From Naegleria gruberi (lineage: Eukaryota): a stretch of DNA of 64,000 nt. Below, in pieces: positions 58,558 to 64,000 of the stretch. Numbering within the stretch: the first letter of the stretch is position 1; each line of letters begins with the position of its first letter. The notes under the pieces were generated by a model that saw only the letters and a list, made by a program, of their open reading frames with translations, was not told where the DNA came from and did not search any database. Where the stretch lies: the NCBI GenBank assembly GCA_000004985.1, contig GG738870.1; one strand, given 5' to 3'. Both the position numbers and the translations under genes were made by a program.

Positions 58558-60892
58558 ATGGGAGGCATTGTAGCATCGAAACCGACTATTAATCTCTCAG
58601 AGGAACCTCTCACTACACTAGTGGATCCAACCTTCCCGAAATTGTTGTTTGATCACTTTGATAAGGTTACTGATTTTTTCAATGATAAGATTGCTGAAGT
58701 TGAATGTTTTGAAAAAGTAGTGGAGAATTACTCTCATTACTATCACAATATTTATGATATTCATTCTTTTAAAAAAAAGTTGCAGTAAGTGGGTAATATT
58801 GAGGAAATTTAATGACTAATTTGTTTGAATTAGAAAAACCGAAAATGTTCCATCACATTTGGATATTTGCCGTAAGGTTGCTCAAGGATTCGAAGATTGT
58901 GGAAAGGATTATTATAAAATTTATGAAGATTTGGATTCCATTTTGACAAAAATTAGGTTGTTGAAAATAACATTAAAGGAATATGTAAATAGTGCAAAAG
59001 TTGAGGAAACAAATTTGAATTATGAACTGGAAAATGCTAACAAGGATGTTGAAAATTCAAAATTAAAAGAAACCAAATTAACATTATCAGTAATTGAGGC
59101 CCAATCTGAGAACGACCAACCTAAGGTTGACCGACTTCAAATTCAATTGAAACAAGCAAATTCTGACACTGAAAGTTTTGAAAAAACTTTTGAAACTATC
59201 AACAATCAAAGAAAGAGGAAACTAACCAACATTCTGACTCATCTTGAAATAATGGAAAAGAAGAGGTTTATAGAGCTCAAAGAACTAGCTTCGAATTTCT
59301 CAAAAGTACAATTCGATGTTCTTGAATTTGAATCCCATACAACTGAAACATGTGAAAAAGGAATTGATGATATTTCAGAAGAATCAGAAATTAAATATTT
59401 CATTGCAAAATGTACAAAGGGAGATATTAATCAAATCAAAGATGATGTTCCAACTCCAAAAATTCAAATTGCACAGATAGCCTATTTTAACAAAATTCTT
59501 TCTGACCCAGAGGATCCAGACAAGGTTGATTTGGGTGTTTGGCTGAAAAACTCTAGTGACAAAGTTAAAGAGGAAATTGAATCAAGCAAACCCTTTACTG
59601 ACTCTGAATTTCCACCAAATCACAATTCCGTCGTGGGTTTACAAACAATTACGAAGAGATTAGATTTAACCTGGAAGAGAGCTACTGATGTCTACAAGCA
59701 ACTAAAATTTGGAGAGTTTTCACCAGACAATATAGCTCCAAGGAAAGGTGACTCATGGTTACTTTCATATCTGTACTGTATTGCCCAAAAACCAGAATTG
59801 GTTTCAAAATTATTTTCAGTCAACGAACTTAACACTGCAGGAATTTATGAGGTAAATTTATGTGTTGGTGGAGAGTTTACTAAGGTAATTATCGATGACC
59901 ACTTCCCTTTCGATAAAGATAATGTTCCACACTTTGGTGCAAGCAAGAAGGAAGAGCTTTGGGTACCTCTAGTAGTGAAAGCTTTTGCAAAGGCAGTTGG
60001 ATGTTTTTTGAAATTGGAGGCAAACTTTTATTATCTTGGATTTCAAGTACTCACCGGTTATCCAAATTATGACATTATATTCAATGATACAAACTCAAAG
60101 AAACCTTCCTTCCTTGATGCCTGTTGGACAGCAGTTAACCAAGCACCAAAGAAGGGTTATTTGATTAATTGTTTCTCAAGATTTGATGTTGATAAGGGAT
60201 TAGATCCATCAGCTTCTTATATAGTTCTTGACAGTTATTCAAAAGACGATGTTAAATTACTTCAACTTGCAAACCCATGGAAATCAACTCAATGGAATGG
60301 GGATTGGAATGATTCAGATCCAATGTGGACAGAAGAGATGAAGTCTTTAGTTAGTTTCAAGCAAGATAACGAACGATCTTTCTGCATGGCATTCTCTGAC
60401 TTTGTCAAGTGTTTCTCTCATATTAATATTTGTAGATACAATCCTTCATTGAAAAGAAAAACACTTTCAGTTCGAGTTCAGCAATTAGAAAATAATGTGG
60501 AGAACGAATATCCGGTCATTGAGTTCAGTTTCTCAACAGATTCAAATGAATGCTACTTTGGAATTCACCAACTTCACACAATATTTAAGGATGCACCATT
60601 CTCAAATTCAGTTATGGGATTTGTAGTTGTAAATAAGGAGCAAGCCAAAGAAGTTACCAAGTTCATTACAACAACCACTGAGAAGGAGTATTCATTACAA
60701 AAGAATTTGAAAGCAAACACAGTTTATCAGTTAGTCCCTCTACTGTTCCAAAAATTGGCAGATCTTAAAAAGATAGTGATAAGTGTTCAGCAAGCAGACG
60801 AAAAGTTTAGTTGGAAATTGCTAGAAAAATCTCAAGTTATTATTGGCAAGCAAGAAATGACAAAAGCCCAGTTAAAAAAGATGGTTTATTGA
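58558..60892 (+). CDS. Calpain-like protein with N-terminal MGGIVASK myristoylation motif, coiled-coil module and C-terminal calpain protease-core homology lacking catalytic Cys and His (likely non-proteolytic); 2 exons (58558..58784, 58834..60892) with a 49-nt intron
   Basis: Calpain core blocks: 'RKGDSWLLSYLYCIAQKPELV' (calpain QGxLGDCWLLAA, with Ser at the Cys position), 'GIYEVNLCVGGEFTKVIIDDHFPF', 'ELWVPLVVKAFAKAVG', 'SASYIVLD' (calpain GHAYSV, His replaced), 'LLQLANPWKSTQWNGDWNDSDPMW' (calpain RNPWG..EW.G.WSD.S.EW, Asn retained). Intron gtaagt..aattag in phase 2. Confidence 0.65.
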
Positions 60893-63837
60893 AGAGAGTA
60901 CTTCTCTTTCTCTGCTAGCAGTCTCAATTTTTCAGCAAATTCCTTTTCCAATTCCAATCTTCGTTCTTCTAATTCACATAACACTTGCAATACATCATTA
61001 TTTTCATAGCTGGTATTGGAATCAACAAAAGATTTCATGAGCATTACCTTTTTGTCTTGCTCTATGACAGCCATTTTTTGATCTTCATACTTTTGTAATG
61101 CAAAAGTTCTCCTAGGTTTGACAATAAAATCATTTTCAGTAAAGCTAGAGCTAATGCCTAAATCATCTCTTGTTCTCTTCTTTTCATGAATTGATCCTCT
61201 GTTCAGTAAATAATTACTGAAACCATCAATAGAAGATTCCAAACGTTCTTGCTTATTAAATTCATAGGTTTGAGGATTGTTTTGAACTATGGCTTGTTCA
61301 ACAAGTAACTTGTTGTAGTATTTACCAATCTTGATAACATAGTTCTTCAACTTTTTGAATGCCAAGGTCATGAATTCTGGTGAATTATCAGTTAGTAAAG
61401 AGTCACCAATGTCTAGCACTTTGTAATCTTCAAAGTAAAAATCTTGTGTTACAGCTGTGAAATTCTTTCTCATATTTGATACATAAGGTTCCATACGATG
61501 CTTCTCCATATCATTCTTAGTGTAGTACAATAAACAGTACAAGTAAACACCAGCCATAAAACATGGAACAAGTTCCTTAACCTCCAAATAGTACAAAATA
61601 TAATTGATATCGTTGGTAAGGAAAACCTCTTTCAAATTAATTTGAACATTTCCAACGAGTGTGCCCACAGTTACAGGGGTGCCATCAAAGGCCAGATTCA
61701 TCAATGCCTCCAAAGTATCAATATTAATTGGAATATTACTCTTACTTTCAACAATTGAAAAATAGCCCCTAGAATAAATCAAACCAAGAAGAACAGCCAA
61801 ATAACTTGGATGCTCATTGACTATTGGTTCATAATTCAACCATCTTTCTATTGAGGATTTGGCCAAATTTTTTACAACTGATTCATTGAATTTTAAGAGG
61901 TCAAATCCATCCTCCTCTTCAATCTTTGGTGTTTGGATAGGTTGACTTGGTGACTTTTGATTGGTTTTCTCAGAAACTACATCAGAAGTTTCATCCATAG
62001 CCGAACTGCTTGGAGTAAAGTTGTTGACAACATTTTTAATGTCTTTCATGACATCTAATGGTTGTGTGACAACAGCGTCTGCAGCATCTTGAACACTTGT
62101 ACAAAATCTTGTAATAGGTTGATAATGTGAGTGAAGTAAATCATCCAACTTGAGAATGGAATGATTATTCAAAAAGTCATGATATTCAATTGGTTTAGAA
62201 ACATCACAAATAACAGGTTCTCTAATGAGAGGAAGTTTCTCACGACCTGCCTTCTTTCTAAAACCAAATCTAACTTCTTGAACAAAGGCCTTATCGAATT
62301 GAGCTGTTTCATCAGCAGTTACACCAAAGAATGAATTACCAGATTGTTTCAAAAAGCTTTCCTTGTTCATTCTGTAGGCAATAATGAAACCACAATGTTT
62401 CACTAAATCAGCACTGCACTTTCTACCATAAGTTCCAATAGCAATTTGTGCACTGTAATCTTGTGGATTGACTGATTGTGAGTAGAATGTTTCCAAATGT
62501 GTTAAAACTTCTCTCTTTTTTGATGAATTTTCACAGAATACTACAAATCCAAAAATTGCAATTTCATTCAAATTAAGTTTTGGAATGAGTTTTTCAATTT
62601 CATTGCATTGATACATTCTATTTTGTGTCATTTGGAAAATTGAATTTGTAGGATTTTGATTCAAGAAGAGTTTCAATGTTACTTTTGCAGTTTGAACATT
62701 GTAACATACAGGAAAACCTGCGCGTTGTTGATTAATTTTACCATTTAAAGTTGCTTTAGAAACTGCAGTTGGAGGATAGGCACTCATTGAAGCACTTGAA
62801 GAAAAGAAGGAGGAGAAAACATTTGGTTGTAAATGTTGTTGAGAATATGAATGGGTTGTTTGATCAACATTTTGTTGCATTAAATTATTTCCTGACAGTA
62901 ACAAAATTGGATTGTCATTATAATTATTTGTTGCATTTGATTTATCTTGAAGAAGTGAATTAATTGATTGTGGAGGAAGCATTTGTGTGGAGGATGAATT
63001 TGAAGAAGGAGGTGATGATGAAAGATTTGAATGTTGAGGTGTTTGCACCAATGTGACAGTATTCATCAATTGAGTTAATTGATCAGGAGTTAAACCATTT
63101 GGTGATCCATAATTACCTAAATTAGGACTTGTAGAATTAACTGGTGATGGTGTATTCAAGTGATTTGGTGAATAGTTTGGATAAAAATCAAAAGTACTAT
63201 TGTAATTATTGTAATTATTATTATTTAAACTATTTAAAGCTTGATGATTCAAATTAAATTGAATATTTTGTATCAATGATGACAAATTATTGTTATTATT
63301 ATTAGGATAATCAGTTAATTGTTGTTGTTGTTGTTGTAATAATTGATAAATAGCATTAGTATTATAAATAGTAGTATTATGATGATGTGGTTGAGTAGTA
63401 CCACCAACAGCACCAGTATTATACATTGATTGTGCTTGCTGTTGTTGAATGGTATGATTATTAGGTTGACCACCATTAATCATCATATTCGAATTATTAG
63501 TAACAGTAGTAGTAGCAGTAGTATTATTGGATACTACTAGGGAAGGTGATGATGAAATCATTCCTCCAACAATACCAACACCACTACTTCCCACCACTGA
63601 TGATGATGGTGCTGATGATGATGATGATGGAGTGTTTGCTGACGATGATGATGATGGTGTAGTATTGCTCATAACAATGTTATTAGTAAGTACTGCTGCA
63701 GTTGTATTATTATTATGATGATGATTAGTACCTCCAGAATTCAAAACAACGTGATGAGGTATAACAGTTTGTGTTGTTAATGAGGATGGTGGTCGTTGAG
63801 TTTGATTTGAAGTAGTGGCTGTGGGTGGTTGATTCAT
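60886..63837 (-). CDS. Large N/Q/S/T-rich protein (983 aa) with ordered, conserved-looking C-terminal 600 aa; unknown function
   Basis: ATG 63837; poly-N, poly-Q, poly-S/T and HHHNN tracts in the N-terminal 380 aa; then a non-repetitive domain and a C-terminal coiled coil (LELEKEFAEKLRLLAEKEKYSLQ). Its stop (60886-60888) lies 1 nt upstream of the stop of the convergent calpain-like gene (60890-60892). Confidence 0.55.
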   Translation of the reverse strand: MNQPPTATTSNQTQRPPSSLTTQTVIPHHVVLNSGGTNHHHNNNTTAAVLTNNIVMSNTTPSSSSSANTPSSSSSAPSSSVVGSSGVGIVGGMISSSPSLVVSNNTTATTTVTNNSNMMINGGQPNNHTIQQQQAQSMYNTGAVGGTTQPHHHNTTIYNTNAIYQLLQQQQQQLTDYPNNNNNNLSSLIQNIQFNLNHQALNSLNNNNYNNYNSTFDFYPNYSPNHLNTPSPVNSTSPNLGNYGSPNGLTPDQLTQLMNTVTLVQTPQHSNLSSSPPSSNSSSTQMLPPQSINSLLQDKSNATNNYNDNPILLLSGNNLMQQNVDQTTHSYSQQHLQPNVFSSFFSSSASMSAYPPTAVSKATLNGKINQQRAGFPVCYNVQTAKVTLKLFLNQNPTNSIFQMTQNRMYQCNEIEKLIPKLNLNEIAIFGFVVFCENSSKKREVLTHLETFYSQSVNPQDYSAQIAIGTYGRKCSADLVKHCGFIIAYRMNKESFLKQSGNSFFGVTADETAQFDKAFVQEVRFGFRKKAGREKLPLIREPVICDVSKPIEYHDFLNNHSILKLDDLLHSHYQPITRFCTSVQDAADAVVTQPLDVMKDIKNVVNNFTPSSSAMDETSDVVSEKTNQKSPSQPIQTPKIEEEDGFDLLKFNESVVKNLAKSSIERWLNYEPIVNEHPSYLAVLLGLIYSRGYFSIVESKSNIPINIDTLEALMNLAFDGTPVTVGTLVGNVQINLKEVFLTNDINYILYYLEVKELVPCFMAGVYLYCLLYYTKNDMEKHRMEPYVSNMRKNFTAVTQDFYFEDYKVLDIGDSLLTDNSPEFMTLAFKKLKNYVIKIGKYYNKLLVEQAIVQNNPQTYEFNKQERLESSIDGFSNYLLNRGSIHEKKRTRDDLGISSSFTENDFIVKPRRTFALQKYEDQKMAVIEQDKKVMLMKSFVDSNTSYENNDVLQVLCELEERRLELEKEFAEKLRLLAEKEKYSLQ

Positions 63838-64000
63838 AGAGTTTCAAACTCTTTTTTTTTCTTGTGGGGAAATTCGAGCATCTCTTGCGCTTTATTTTGA
63901 CAAGTAATTGGAATTTGTTGATTATAATCACAGTTTGTTGTTATCAGTTTCTTCACACACAATTAATAAGAGAGGATTGAGAACGTTGATGGGGAGTTGA

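Overview
This window is AT-rich (about 69% AT), gene-dense eukaryotic nuclear DNA with about 40 protein-coding genes in 64 kb, not a prokaryotic locus. Introns are few and short (39-62 nt, some 80-590 nt), with GTAAGT/GTATGT donors and mostly TAG/AAG/CAG acceptors. Many proteins carry poly-N, poly-Q or poly-T tracts and intergenic spacers are 150-1300 bp; most of this fits a dictyostelid-like amoebozoan. The organism is not certain: an ARL13-type ciliary GTPase, an ELAPOR/EIG121 orthologue and a DNA polymerase iota orthologue point to a flagellated or animal-like lineage. Recognisable products by similarity: inositol-monophosphatase-family enzyme, ankyrin-repeat protein, divergent Arp, Pol iota, ribosomal protein S6, AMPK/SNF1 alpha kinase, F-box protein, EF-hand protein, parvulin PIN4, PSMD9/Nas2-like, Kazal inhibitor, WD40, PDH E1-beta, PTC7-type PP2C, DDT/WHIM-like chromatin protein, ABC half-transporter, DCN1-like, ARL13-like, aquaporin, Cid1/GLD-2-type nucleotidyltransferase, ELAPOR-like receptor, RCC1-repeat protein, SAP-domain protein, Qc-SNARE, and a head-to-head paralogue pair of N-myristoylation-motif proteins, one fused to a calpain-like core with Cys-to-Ser substitution. 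There are two Pol III genes: tRNA-Pro(UGG) and an aberrant tRNA-like gene. The window also has a 50-nt N gap, microsatellites, a homopolymer frameshift and an unresolved frame switch. The ORF track uses bacterial start codons, omits edge-truncated ORFs and ORFs under 60 aa, and ignores splicing; gene models here were rebuilt by hand, so exon boundaries may be off by a few nt. No single novel system stands out; the findings list what deserves follow-up.
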